Source: an uncultured virus (IMG/VR IMGVR_UViG_3300031994_005371)
Lineage: Duplodnaviria > Heunggongvirae > Uroviricota > Caudoviricetes
Virus record (IMG/VR): IMGVR_UViG_3300031994_005371
DNA: 20,000 nucleotides
Direction: 5' to 3' (one strand)
Shown here: one piece after another, positions 1 through 8,563 of the stretch
Position numbering within the stretch: the first letter of the stretch is position 1
How the letters are laid out: every line of letters starts with the position of its first letter
Notes under the pieces: model-generated
What the model saw: only the letters and a program-made list of their open reading frames with translations
What the model was told of the DNA's origin: nothing
Database searches by the model: none
Program-made: the position numbers and the translations under genes

Positions 1-104
1 ATGAGGTGTTCGGTAAACGGTAATCCCCTTACCTTACAGACAAGCTCAATCGGGCCGTTAAGGGGCTTTGGCGGCTGGAATGAATCAAGATTATGCCATT
101 TCAT
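1..104 (-). CDS. Hypothetical phage protein, N-terminal part (MKWHNLDSFQPPKPLNGPIELVCKVRG...), runs off the window
   Basis: ATG at 104, 3 nt after the stop of the 108..524 ORF; frame open to the window edge. Confidence 0.6.
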   Translation of the reverse strand, partial: MKWHNLDSFQPPKPLNGPIELVCKVRGLPFTEHL

Positions 105-107
105 AAA

Positions 108-524
108 TCATACCCGTTTCGCCATGAAACTGTAAGTATAAATCTTTCTCCCCTCCGGCGTAGTACCGCCCTCCGGGCTCCCGAACTCGCGTATCAGCGA
201 GTCTGCAATCGTGGCCGCAAGATGCTTTCTTATGCCGTTTTCCATGAGCTTCTCGGTTGAGTAGCGGTACTCGTCCGATTCGGTTACAACGTAACTGGCT
301 TTGATTGGCCTCGCGTCTTGACTATTAAGATTTTGCGCCCTTATTTCTTCAAGCGCGTTTTCCACGGCCCCCTCGCGGAGGTTAAGTTCGATTTCCCTCC
401 GGTCAAGTTCATGGCGGTAGTTGTCAAGTCGCGCCTTCGTGCTTCGATTCTCGGCGGCCAAAATAAGATTATAGACGGCCAGCGCAACAACCATGACCGC
501 AATAAGAATTATTGTAATTTTCAT
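108..524 (-). CDS. Membrane-anchored coiled-coil hypothetical protein
   Basis: N-terminal hydrophobic stretch followed by E/R/L-rich helix; packed in operon. Confidence 0.75.
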   Translation of the reverse strand: MKITIILIAVMVVALAVYNLILAAENRSTKARLDNYRHELDRREIELNLREGAVENALEEIRAQNLNSQDARPIKASYVVTESDEYRYSTEKLMENGIRKHLAATIADSLIREFGSPEGGTTPEGRKIYTYSFMAKRV

Positions 525-525
525 A

Positions 526-1161
526 TCAGTTCTCTTTTACCCATTCGTGAATTTTTCGCGCAATAACCGTAAAAAGGTTATCGTGCTTCAGGCTTGAAAT
601 AGTGATTTCGCCCTTTCCGGGAAGTCCGCGAAGATACCCCATAGCCATAGCAAACGAAAGCTCCCGGAGGCGGGATAGTATCGGATTTTCCTCAGGCTCC
701 AGAATATCCCCGAAAGGCGCTCGTTTGACGTGATAATTTACGTTTTTCCATGCGGCGTTGGCGAATTGTGTAAAGATATGCGCCAGCATAAACCAGCTCA
801 CGTTTTTGCGCTCGTCAAAACCCACCCCGTCAAACATTTGAAGAATCCCGCTTTGGAGCATCATTATCTCGTTTGAGATATACTCGTAAAGCGAGTCCAT
901 AAGGTCGGTTACTTCGTCTTGATTCTCTGCCGGGATAAACGAAAAGAAAGGCCGGTTAAAGAGCGTGTATTGCTTATGCCAAATCGCAGATTTTTGTTTT
1001 TGCTCATGCTTTAACGGCCCCGTCGCCTTTTCGCCTTTCATCTGGCACTGATAGGCTATATCGGCCAAAAGGAACGGCAGAATCGGTGCGAGCGAATCTC
1101 CCTTTACTTGCGTTCTGGCCGCACCTTTCAGGCCGAGTTCAACAAGTTCTTTCTTTGTCAT
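526..1161 (-). CDS. Hypothetical phage protein (~211 aa)
   Basis: Long ORF; start MTKKELVE chosen for its ATGA overlap with the upstream stop at 1158-1160. Confidence 0.8.
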   Translation of the reverse strand: MTKKELVELGLKGAARTQVKGDSLAPILPFLLADIAYQCQMKGEKATGPLKHEQKQKSAIWHKQYTLFNRPFFSFIPAENQDEVTDLMDSLYEYISNEIMMLQSGILQMFDGVGFDERKNVSWFMLAHIFTQFANAAWKNVNYHVKRAPFGDILEPEENPILSRLRELSFAMAMGYLRGLPGKGEITISSLKHDNLFTVIARKIHEWVKEN

Positions 1162-1379
1162 AATCCACACTTCTTTTTGTCCCACATAAAGCGCGAAAAC
1201 GCAAGTTGAGCCGCGCCCTCTGCATCAACTTTGGCAAACACGCGATAGTTGCGCGTTGCGCTGCCGCTTTGAGTTTGCACGGCGCATTTGTAGCCGAGCG
1301 AGGTTGCCTCTACGGAAACGAGGTAGCCGTTGAAAAAGAAAATATCCCTAATCGGGAGTCCTGGTGTTTGGCACGTCAT
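1158..1379 (-). CDS. Hypothetical phage protein
   Basis: 73-aa ORF tightly coupled to its neighbours. Confidence 0.65.
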   Translation of the reverse strand: MTCQTPGLPIRDIFFFNGYLVSVEATSLGYKCAVQTQSGSATRNYRVFAKVDAEGAAQLAFSRFMWDKKKCGL

Positions 1380-1381
1380 AT

Positions 1382-1537
1382 CTATTCTTCATTTTGTTTC
1401 GACTGTTTATCCATTTTCTTATTCCACCTACGGAGCGATATATTCTCAATCCACTCGTCAAGCAGATACCAGCCACCGCAGATAAAGCCGCATATCAAAG
1501 CACCGATAACGCCTTTAATAATATACCCAAATGTCAT
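1382..1537 (-). CDS. Small single-TM protein (MTFGYIIKGVIGALICGFICGGWYLLDEW...)
   Basis: 51-aa ORF read manually; fills the gap between the 1379 and 1540 ORFs; hydrophobic N-terminus. Confidence 0.65.
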   Translation of the reverse strand: MTFGYIIKGVIGALICGFICGGWYLLDEWIENISLRRWNKKMDKQSKQNEE

Positions 1538-1539
1538 AT

Positions 1540-1809
1540 CTATTTCTCCTTTCTTGCGTTATACCCCTTGTTCCAAAAGTGGCGGGCGATGGCATCTAAT
1601 GTTTGCTCATTAAGATATTCCCTATCATCAGAAAACGGAACTTTATAGCGAATTATCTCCCTCTCTAAATCCACCTCCGGCTGCTCCTGCTGGAGAGATT
1701 CTACAACTTTTTTGCAGGATGCCCAACAATCATAGGCCATTCCGTACTCAAATATAGATAGCCGTTTTTCTATCTCGGCTTTCAGTTTTTCTGCGTCAAT
1801 GTACTTCAT
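1540..1809 (-). CDS. Hypothetical phage early protein (MKYIDAEKLKAEIEKR type)
   Basis: N-terminus resembles a common phage early-protein type; ATGA overlap. Confidence 0.75.
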   Translation of the reverse strand: MKYIDAEKLKAEIEKRLSIFEYGMAYDCWASCKKVVESLQQEQPEVDLEREIIRYKVPFSDDREYLNEQTLDAIARHFWNKGYNARKEK

Positions 1810-2120
1810 ATCTCAAATAGTTTCGGCTCATTCTTGTGTTTCTCATATTTCTTTGTCGGCCTATGCTCCTGGCGATATGGGCAATCGGCTTGTCGGCAAA
1901 TGTCAATAGTCCTCTGGGAGATAGGCTGTTTGTCCGTTACCATTCGGGTAAAAATATCCCTTTGAATGGCGCATTTAAGCGGAGTCCAATCTGGAAAGTC
2001 CGGGTCGCTGCCTTTCTTGATATGGGAGGACTTCCAGCACCTATCACAGTTTCTACTCTCCCACCAATCGTATTCACTCCCGCTACTGAACGGGTCGCGG
2101 TCAACCTTCTTTAGAGCCAT
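1806..2120 (-). CDS. Cys-rich putative Zn-binding protein
   Basis: CDRC...C...C-x4-C pattern; operon packing. Confidence 0.7.
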   Translation of the reverse strand: MALKKVDRDPFSSGSEYDWWESRNCDRCWKSSHIKKGSDPDFPDWTPLKCAIQRDIFTRMVTDKQPISQRTIDICRQADCPYRQEHRPTKKYEKHKNEPKLFEI

Positions 2121-2403
2121 GATTATCCTCCTTCTTAACGACCTTAATACCGTCTTGATTGACTACGCAGAGGTTTCCGTCGTTGTCAAGATACCTTTCG
2201 ACTTCTACGATATTTTCCGGCGCCTGCGCAAGGAGAGTCGAGGCGAAGCCAGAAAACACGTGAGCGACCGTTATAAGCTGGGCTGGGGTCCATTTCTTTT
2301 TCAGCTCGCCGTTTTCTTTAACGGATAATTTGGCAACCGAGTCTTTATGCGTTACGGTGTCAATATCCATTGTGATACATATTTCTCTATGAATAATACT
2401 CAT
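2101..2403 (-). CDS. Hypothetical phage protein
   Basis: 100-aa ORF with A/T-rich upstream region. Confidence 0.7.
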   Translation of the reverse strand: MSIIHREICITMDIDTVTHKDSVAKLSVKENGELKKKWTPAQLITVAHVFSGFASTLLAQAPENIVEVERYLDNDGNLCVVNQDGIKVVKKEDNHGSKEG

Positions 2404-2408
2404 TTTAA

Positions 2409-2440
2409 TTTGGAATTATTAAAAATTAGATATATCTTTG
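2409..2440 (+). promoter_or_regulatory. Bacteroidota primary-sigma promoter driving the tRNA-Lys/tRNA-fMet pair
   Basis: TTTG (2409-2412), 20-nt spacer, TATCTTTG (2433-2440) matches the -33/-7 consensus TTTG-N19-21-TAnnTTTG. Confidence 0.8.
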
Positions 2441-2508
2441 CACCCGTTATGAGAAAAACGAAATCCATAAAACGATAGGATTTCGGCCTTGCACAAGGTC
2501 GAAGTAAT

Positions 2509-2581
2509 GACCTTGTGGCGCAACTGGTAGCGCAATAGGCTTTTAACCTATGGGTTGCGGGTTCGACTCCCGCCGGGGTCA
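2509..2581 (+). tRNA. tRNA-Lys(TTT)
   Basis: Cloverleaf: acceptor GACCTTG/CGGGGTC, anticodon arm ATAGG-CTTTTAA-CCTAT, T arm GCGGG-TTCGACT-CCCGC, discriminator A, CCA not encoded. Confidence 0.93.
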
Positions 2582-2587
2582 CAAAAT

Positions 2588-2659
<72 letters not shown>

Positions 2660-2661
2660 CT

Positions 2662-2700
2662 AATCGGCTGGATTAGCTTGCAACGCTATTCTGGCCGATT
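2662..2700. terminator. Long imperfect hairpin between convergent transcription units
   Basis: AATCGGCTGGATTAGC...GCTATTCTGGCCGATT inverted repeat right after tRNA-fMet and after the 2705 stop; no strong U tract. Confidence 0.4.
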
Positions 2701-2704
2701 GTCA

Positions 2705-2872
2705 TTATAGATGGTCCAGCACCTTACAAACGGCGGAGTAAACACGCTGACAAACCGCCTTTTCGCCCGGTTCCAGCGCGTTACCTCCGTACATTCTTTC
2801 GTCCAGGACCTTTCTTGCCTCTTTCATAAGGCCTTGCACCTTGTAGAGGGTGTTAATTGTTTCTGGTGACAT
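2705..2872 (-). CDS. Small hypothetical protein (MSPETINTLYKVQGLMKEARKVLDERM...)
   Basis: 55-aa ORF read manually; TAATG overlap with the GNAT stop. Confidence 0.65.
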   Translation of the reverse strand: MSPETINTLYKVQGLMKEARKVLDERMYGGNALEPGEKAVCQRVYSAVCKVLDHL

Positions 2873-3210
2873 TATTTCGTGAGTATTTTATACATTTGCA
2901 TAAACCCGTCCTGCTCTTTGATTGGCGAGTAACCACATTTCTTGTAGAAATCAATCACCCAATCAGTCATAACGGAATTAAGGTCTATGCGGAAGATTCC
3001 GTGCTCACGGCAATAGCTCTCGCACGCGAGCATAAGCTGCTTCGCAAGCCCCCTTTTACGCAGCGGCCCGATTACTGAAAGGCCGGAGAGATAGCAAACG
3101 CCGGGATTGTTGTCCTCAAAAGATAAGTCCACGCAAGCCCCGCCATTCGCGGCGATAATCGTTATCGTTTTGCCCCACGGCCAAGTGTTGTGATGCCAAA
3201 TTACTTTCAT
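2872..3210 (-). CDS. GNAT-family N-acetyltransferase
   Basis: Motif A LSV..LRKRGLAKQLM and motif B VIDFYKKCGY. Confidence 0.85.
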   Translation of the reverse strand: MKVIWHHNTWPWGKTITIIAANGGACVDLSFEDNNPGVCYLSGLSVIGPLRKRGLAKQLMLACESYCREHGIFRIDLNSVMTDWVIDFYKKCGYSPIKEQDGFMQMYKILTK

Positions 3211-3560
3211 TGTACTTTAATAATACATTCGTAGACCCCAATGAAAGGAACGCTTATGCCCCTTGTTGTAAGGAGGTAGGTGGAGTCCTTTTTGATACCG
3301 GCGCATTCCGGGGCCGCGTTGAATCCGGCGGTGCGAATGTGATATGCTCCCCTATCCGTAGATACAATGTAGTAAATACGTGTACTGAAGCCATCGCTAT
3401 CGCCCTCGGTGCTCTCAACTTTATCTATGGAAAGAACGGTGTGGCGTTGTGTCTTTTCGTTAATGAAGTTCGCTAAAACTCCAAACGAAACAATTACGAG
3501 CGTAATTAAAAGCGCAAAGACCTTTGCGAAAGCCCCTGCGCCTGATTTCTTGTTTCTCAT
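3207..3560 (-). CDS. Membrane-anchored phage protein with small beta-rich domain
   Basis: Basic N-terminus, one TM helix, beta-strand-like C-terminus. Confidence 0.75.
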   Translation of the reverse strand: MRNKKSGAGAFAKVFALLITLVIVSFGVLANFINEKTQRHTVLSIDKVESTEGDSDGFSTRIYYIVSTDRGAYHIRTAGFNAAPECAGIKKDSTYLLTTRGISVPFIGVYECIIKVQ

Positions 3561-3587
3561 GATTCTTTTTCCTTACGCGCGGGCCAC

Positions 3588-3610
3588 GGCCCGGCCTCCA
3601 AAGCCGGGCC
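3588..3610 (-). other. GC-only hairpin 15 nt downstream of the putative DGR variable region
   Basis: GGCCCGGC-N7-GCCGGGCC perfect 8-bp stem. Confidence 0.6.
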
Positions 3611-3625
3611 TACCCACGAAGATTA

Positions 3626-4156
3626 TTAGTATTCTCGGCAGGGCCGCACCGAAAAGCCGTTGCTACGGCTGTAGCCGTCCAGCGGGCTAACGTAGCCCGA
3701 ATTGAAGTGCAAGTAACGGGCGCCGGCCTGGCTGGTTTTACTCACGCAGCGGGTCCAGTAATACCCGTAGCTACCGCTACCTACTCCGTCGTGCCCGTCG
3801 GCAGGAAGGAAGATAGATTTTCCGTTAGGGCCGATAACCTTATAGCCTTCGCCCGTCCACTTCCACTCGCAGTTTTCGTAGAGCTCGGCCATTGCGGTTG
3901 CGCTGGGGAGATACTCGCCGAAGGTTTCCTGTGCCTCTTCATGGGTGAAAAACCGCTTCCCGTTGACCTTTGCGTTGTGGTCGTACCAAAGGTTGCCGGA
4001 CGGAAGCCCCAAATCCACCCAATCGGATTTATTCGGAACGAAAGTCGGCTGGAAATCAAAGAGGTTGGATACGGCATTGCGGATTTCCTCGGTGGTTTTT
4101 TCGTCGTTCACGACGACCTTTGCCCTCTCGATAAGGGCATTCAAATCTTTAATCAT
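3626..4156 (-). CDS. CLec-fold protein of the Bacteroidales VDLGLPSG type (DUF1566/Fib_succ_major-like); probable DGR target
   Basis: Motifs WVDLGLPSG, LPS...ELYENC, GPNGKSIFLPA.G, GYYWT, C-terminal R.NGFSVRP; NNC codons at the variable positions. Confidence 0.8.
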   Translation of the reverse strand: MIKDLNALIERAKVVVNDEKTTEEIRNAVSNLFDFQPTFVPNKSDWVDLGLPSGNLWYDHNAKVNGKRFFTHEEAQETFGEYLPSATAMAELYENCEWKWTGEGYKVIGPNGKSIFLPADGHDGVGSGSYGYYWTRCVSKTSQAGARYLHFNSGYVSPLDGYSRSNGFSVRPCREY

Positions 4157-4161
4157 AGTGC

Positions 4162-4341
4162 TTATTGTTTTAAGAGTTCGTTAAGATTCAGCGACGCATT
4201 GCTTATCATGTGGATAACATTTGCGCCGAGGATTGCCTCGGCCACCGTTGCGTCAGTAAAGGTTATCCGGCCAATTATGCGGCCAGCCTTGTTTAGTTTC
4301 CTCCGCGCCCTTTTGAGCCGGATTTTATCTATCGTATTCAT
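4162..4341 (-). CDS. Small hypothetical protein (MNTIDKIRLKRARRKLNKAGRIIG...)
   Basis: 59-aa ORF read manually; ATGA overlap with the upstream ORF. Confidence 0.65.
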   Translation of the reverse strand: MNTIDKIRLKRARRKLNKAGRIIGRITFTDATVAEAILGANVIHMISNASLNLNELLKQ

Positions 4342-4571
4342 ACGTTCTCAAAGTAAATATCCTGCCAGCGCGTACCGGCGGGAATGTTGAACAATTTTTG
4401 AATCTTCGCGTAATCGCTGGGGTTATCCAGAAACATTTGCACCGGCTCTTTCTTTGCGTATCGGAGCATTCGTAGATACTGGCCGAGCTTGGCCTCGGAT
4501 TTGACTACCCCGGTTTCTGCAAAGCGGGCGGCCCCTGAAATAGTCTTGTAGTAATGTATTTGTTCTGCCAT
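4338..4571 (-). CDS. Hypothetical phage protein
   Basis: 77-aa ORF starting 2 nt after the helicase stop. Confidence 0.7.
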   Translation of the reverse strand: MAEQIHYYKTISGAARFAETGVVKSEAKLGQYLRMLRYAKKEPVQMFLDNPSDYAKIQKLFNIPAGTRWQDIYFENV

Positions 4572-4573
4572 AG

Positions 4574-6607
4574 CTAAAGCGGTAAATCGTCAATATCCTC
4601 CGGCATGGGAGCGACCTGCTCGAACGAGGTTTGGACGGGCTCTTCCTGCCAGCCGAATATGATATTTTCGGCAATGTCGTTCTTGATGCGCCGGGTTTCC
4701 GGCTCGTAGTACAGCCCAATCAAGTAGTCAGTAACGCCTATTGAGCGGTTTTTAACGATTTCCAGCACCACGTCAAAGCACATGTACTCCGCGACCTTTG
4801 CGGCCCCGAAAAAGTCCTTTGCGCGTTTCTCAAAGTCGTTTCCTACCCGGTGCGAGATTATCAAGTTGTCGCAAAGGTTGGTGAGGTTTGCAGTACCCGC
4901 GATAGACTCCTTTCGGAGAAGCTGGAAGGATTGCTCCTTTCTCGGGTGGCATACCAAAATCACATGGATATTTTCGCGGGTGCAAAGGTCCTTGACCTGT
5001 TTTACAAACCGCGTTTCCCTGGAATTTTGGTCGCTATCGTCGAACTCCAGCGCCATGAGGTTGTCAATCATAACGAGCCTGATTCCCTCGGTATGGATTA
5101 CTTCAACGATTTTGTCATAAAGCTGGTCCCAATTTGAACCGTAGTCGTTGTTGTAGAGAAACAACTTGCCGTCGAGCCAATCGTTGATTTTGTCGGAAAT
5201 GTTCTTTGGCGCATAGTATATGTCGTCATACCCGGCCTTCTGGCGAACGAAAGCCTTTCCTGCAGCCATTTGGTCTATCCACGACTGAAAGCGCGACCCT
5301 TTGAGCTCCCCGGAGAATATCGCCGTTTTTTCGCCTCTTTGAACCGCGTTGAGGGCAAAGAAATCCAAAAACGTTGTCTTTCCGGAGCCGGACAGCCCGG
5401 AGAATATCGTAAGGTCGCCGAGCGTGAATCCCATAATTTTCCGGTCAAGCGCCGAAATGCCGGAGGCAATACTGACAAGCTCGGACGGGTCTTGCCAAAC
5501 AATATCCTTCATTGACAGCCAAACCTTTCCACGCTTATCCTCTACAATCGGCGCAACGGTCTTTTGTGGCGCTCCGCTATAATAGCGTCGTTTCCTTGCG
5601 TATTCCTCTTGCTCCCGCCGGTCGTAAGCCTGCGGGTCGTAGTGTAGCCGAAATTCGCGCCAATGGAAATGCTGACAGGAGTTGTGGAGGCAACGGAACG
5701 CGATAGCGCCCGAATCCATAACAAATAAGGCCGAATCAGGGGCTTTGTGACCCCCGAATGGGCACTCGTCCAAAATCAGCTTTAAACCGCCGGAAAAACG
5801 GGTTTCTTTGGCAATCCCAATCCCATGCTGGGAAATGAAACTGCGAATGTCGAATTTTTCCGTTGAATAATTGTTATACCGGCTGGGCTGTTCCGGTTTC
5901 GGGAGGTAAGATGCAACCTTTTTGATATAGGCTATATCCACCTCTTTGTATGACTCCGGCACATAGCAGAAGAATGACTGCCTTTGCGGCCGCTCCGGCG
6001 TGTCGGTCCCCTTTGCTGATTTCGTACCAATCAGCTTGGAGATACGGGAGGCGTTGAACACGCTTGTATCAATCTTTACCGCATCGGAAGAAAAGAGCAT
6101 ATCCAGCACTTGAAGAAAGTTCTTGATAAGCTCGGTGTTTTCCGGGATATTATCGAGATAGACCTTGTAAAGCAGGTGGTAGCCGTTCGCCGAATCGGCA
6201 ATCACCGGCTTCTCAAACCCCTGGTCTGCAAGGTACTTGATAATGTTTTTCGCGGTTTCCCATGCGAGCGCCTTTTCCGCGTCCGATGCGTTGGTGTCCG
6301 ACGAGCGCTCCGGGTCAAGGTCAATCAAAAGCGTTGTGCGGAACTCAATATCGTTATCCGACGTGGTGGCCTTCGGCTTTTGTATGATGCAATCATGCTG
6401 GGTGCGCCCGTAGCATGAATCCTTGATGGCGTTAATCGTAGCGTATATCCCGTAGCCCTCATAGGCCCGAATATCCGCTATCAGCTTTTCGGGATTTGTG
6501 TAGTAGCCGGAGAATGTTTTTCCCCGGCCCAAAATCCGAACTTCCGTAAGCGGATTGTCGCGCTTAAATATATCCCACCACCGCCGTATTTCGCTCTCGT
6601 TAATCAT
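4574..6607 (-). CDS. AEP primase-polymerase / Zn-finger / SF4 (DnaB-T7 gp4-like) helicase fusion
   Basis: AEP motifs LLIDLD, DSANGYHLLY, IDTSVFNASRI; CPF..H...C.H.SC Zn motif; Walker A GLSGSGKT, Walker B VMIDNL, H3 LVCHPRK, H4 SIAGTANL. Confidence 0.88.
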   Translation of the reverse strand: MINESEIRRWWDIFKRDNPLTEVRILGRGKTFSGYYTNPEKLIADIRAYEGYGIYATINAIKDSCYGRTQHDCIIQKPKATTSDNDIEFRTTLLIDLDPERSSDTNASDAEKALAWETAKNIIKYLADQGFEKPVIADSANGYHLLYKVYLDNIPENTELIKNFLQVLDMLFSSDAVKIDTSVFNASRISKLIGTKSAKGTDTPERPQRQSFFCYVPESYKEVDIAYIKKVASYLPKPEQPSRYNNYSTEKFDIRSFISQHGIGIAKETRFSGGLKLILDECPFGGHKAPDSALFVMDSGAIAFRCLHNSCQHFHWREFRLHYDPQAYDRREQEEYARKRRYYSGAPQKTVAPIVEDKRGKVWLSMKDIVWQDPSELVSIASGISALDRKIMGFTLGDLTIFSGLSGSGKTTFLDFFALNAVQRGEKTAIFSGELKGSRFQSWIDQMAAGKAFVRQKAGYDDIYYAPKNISDKINDWLDGKLFLYNNDYGSNWDQLYDKIVEVIHTEGIRLVMIDNLMALEFDDSDQNSRETRFVKQVKDLCTRENIHVILVCHPRKEQSFQLLRKESIAGTANLTNLCDNLIISHRVGNDFEKRAKDFFGAAKVAEYMCFDVVLEIVKNRSIGVTDYLIGLYYEPETRRIKNDIAENIIFGWQEEPVQTSFEQVAPMPEDIDDLPL

Positions 6608-7212
6608 TATCGCTGGGGTTTACGGCGCGACTCGGTAAACAGCTGGAGCTCGCCCTGTTCCTGCTCGGAATAATCCGGGAGGTTGTTCAGGAACGTGGAG
6701 AAGTTCTGAATCCAGCTCCGTTTTTCCGTAGCCTCGTCAATATAGCGTTTGATTGTAGCGGCGAGCTCTTCCTCTGTGTGGCCCTTTTTGAGCAGGCGCA
6801 CAATCTTTTGAACGTCGGACTTTGACTTACCAGTGCCGCGTCCGCTTGTGGGGCATTTGGTGGGATAGAGCTTATAGATGCGCTCGGCGATTTCCTGAAG
6901 CCCCGTGGTTTCCTCGGTCGGCTTGGTTTCGGGTGTAGCCTCCGCCGGGGCTTTATCCTCAAACTTGGTTTGAAGAATCTTCCACTTCTTTCCGTCCACG
7001 GCGAGCTCTTTTCTTATAACGAGTCCCCGCTCGGCTAACGAATTGATTACCGGCGTTGCGTTGGTCGCTCCGATTTTCTCCGCAAGGTCGCTTGCGCTCC
7101 CACACCAAAGGCCGCACCCGCCTTTGGTACACTCAAAGACAACGGCATAGGCCAGTAGTTCAAGACCTTTCAATTTGAGGTCCCGAATCATAAAATCTTC
7201 AATTACTATCAT
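6607..7212 (-). CDS. Phage replication-initiator-like protein (N-terminal winged HTH, C-terminal helical domain)
   Basis: LKGLELLAYAVV...SASDLAEKIG...INSLAERGLV wHTH pattern; IYKLYP and FSTFLN motifs typical of phage replisome organisers; adjacent to the helicase. Confidence 0.65.
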   Translation of the reverse strand: MIVIEDFMIRDLKLKGLELLAYAVVFECTKGGCGLWCGSASDLAEKIGATNATPVINSLAERGLVIRKELAVDGKKWKILQTKFEDKAPAEATPETKPTEETTGLQEIAERIYKLYPTKCPTSGRGTGKSKSDVQKIVRLLKKGHTEEELAATIKRYIDEATEKRSWIQNFSTFLNNLPDYSEQEQGELQLFTESRRKPQR

Positions 7213-7691
7213 AACTCAAAGCATAGATTTTTATTGGATTGGAATACCGCCGGGCCGCCATTTTTAAGACTATCCGCCGCTATCCGACATAATTCGTCGG
7301 CCCGCTCGTTGCCTTTCGTGCCGTTGTGCCCCCGGACCCATTCAAACTCAACGCGGACTTGGCGTTTTTTACACTCATAAAAGAATCGGTCGATAAGTCC
7401 GAGGTTTGCGCTGGCGTTCCATTCTCTTGAAAGGACCTTTACGCAATACTGGGAATCGGAAATGACTCGTAGGGTGCTTCCGTTCGGAACACACATGACG
7501 GCCCGGATAATAGCGCCGAGCTCCTGCTCTTGGTTGCGTTGTTTTTTGAGCGGGTCGTACTCAACCCGGCGGGCGGCGGCCCGTTCAAAGAGCACCCGTT
7601 TTCGGCTTGCGTCCATAAGGAGGACCGCAGACGCGCCGATTTGCGTTTTCATGTCAAACGACCCGTCCGTGTAGGCGATAAACTTTGCCAT
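7209..7691 (-). CDS. rnhA: Ribonuclease HI
   Basis: Catalytic motifs AYTDGS, NQEQEL.AI, ISDSQY, WVRGHNG..GNERADEL. Confidence 0.9.
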   Translation of the reverse strand: MAKFIAYTDGSFDMKTQIGASAVLLMDASRKRVLFERAAARRVEYDPLKKQRNQEQELGAIIRAVMCVPNGSTLRVISDSQYCVKVLSREWNASANLGLIDRFFYECKKRQVRVEFEWVRGHNGTKGNERADELCRIAADSLKNGGPAVFQSNKNLCFEL

Positions 7692-7693
7692 GA

Positions 7694-8563
7694 TTAGAAA
7701 AGTTTTCGTTGCACAAAGGGCAGGACCTTTTCACAAGCGCCCTTGAAGAAAGTCTTGTCAATCTCAAAGCCGTAAGCCTTGCGTTTGAGGTTTGCCGCCG
7801 CGAGTAGCGTCGTTCCAGAGCCTCCGCATGGGTCAATCACCACGTCGCCCTCGTCTGTAAAGATTTCGATTAGTCGCTCCAAAAGCGGGACCGGCTTTTG
7901 CGTGCTGTGGAGCTTTGGCGTATCGTTGTCGATTATCCAGTCAAAGCAGTTAAAGACCATGCGCCCCTCGTTGTTGAATTTCGGTAGGCGGTTTCGGTAA
8001 AGCACCACAGCATACTCGCAATTCCCGACAATACGCATATTCGCTTTCAGGACTTGGGCGCTGAAATTCTTACGGAAAACGAGGTTGATATAGTGATTGA
8101 ATCCGAACTCTTTTGCGGTTTCGATAAGCTGGAATTGCTGTTCAAACGAGCAAAAGATTACCATGCACGGAGCGCCGCCGGATTTCTTGCCGGTCTTGCC
8201 AATGTCCTTCCCATCGGAATTGTCTTTTGGTTCCGGGCGGAGCATCTGGGTTGCGAAGTGGAGAAACTCTTTTACCTTGAATGAGTAATCCGAGTAGAAA
8301 AAGGCTTTGCCCGCCTTGTCGGATTCTCCGTTTTCGTTTGAGCCTCCGCAATACCAAACGGGGTTGCTCCCGTAAGCGTCCGCTCCTATCCCGTAAGGAA
8401 TGTCGGAGAGTATGAGCTGCGCCTTTGGTATGTTCGGGTGGGTCTTGAAATTCTGGAATGAATCGTTGCAATACATGATACCAGCCTCCTTGTTGATATA
8501 ATCGGGCGCGGGTTTCAGCCTTGCTTTCTTTTCCTCCAGTTCTTTTCTTCTTTCTTCTGTCAT
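7694..8563 (-). CDS. DNA methyltransferase, N4-C/N6-A beta class
   Basis: Motif IV SDIPY near the N-terminus, HSTQKPV.LLERLI, motif I DPCGGSGTT, GFEID. Confidence 0.9.
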   Translation of the reverse strand: MTEERRKELEEKKARLKPAPDYINKEAGIMYCNDSFQNFKTHPNIPKAQLILSDIPYGIGADAYGSNPVWYCGGSNENGESDKAGKAFFYSDYSFKVKEFLHFATQMLRPEPKDNSDGKDIGKTGKKSGGAPCMVIFCSFEQQFQLIETAKEFGFNHYINLVFRKNFSAQVLKANMRIVGNCEYAVVLYRNRLPKFNNEGRMVFNCFDWIIDNDTPKLHSTQKPVPLLERLIEIFTDEGDVVIDPCGGSGTTLLAAANLKRKAYGFEIDKTFFKGACEKVLPFVQRKLF

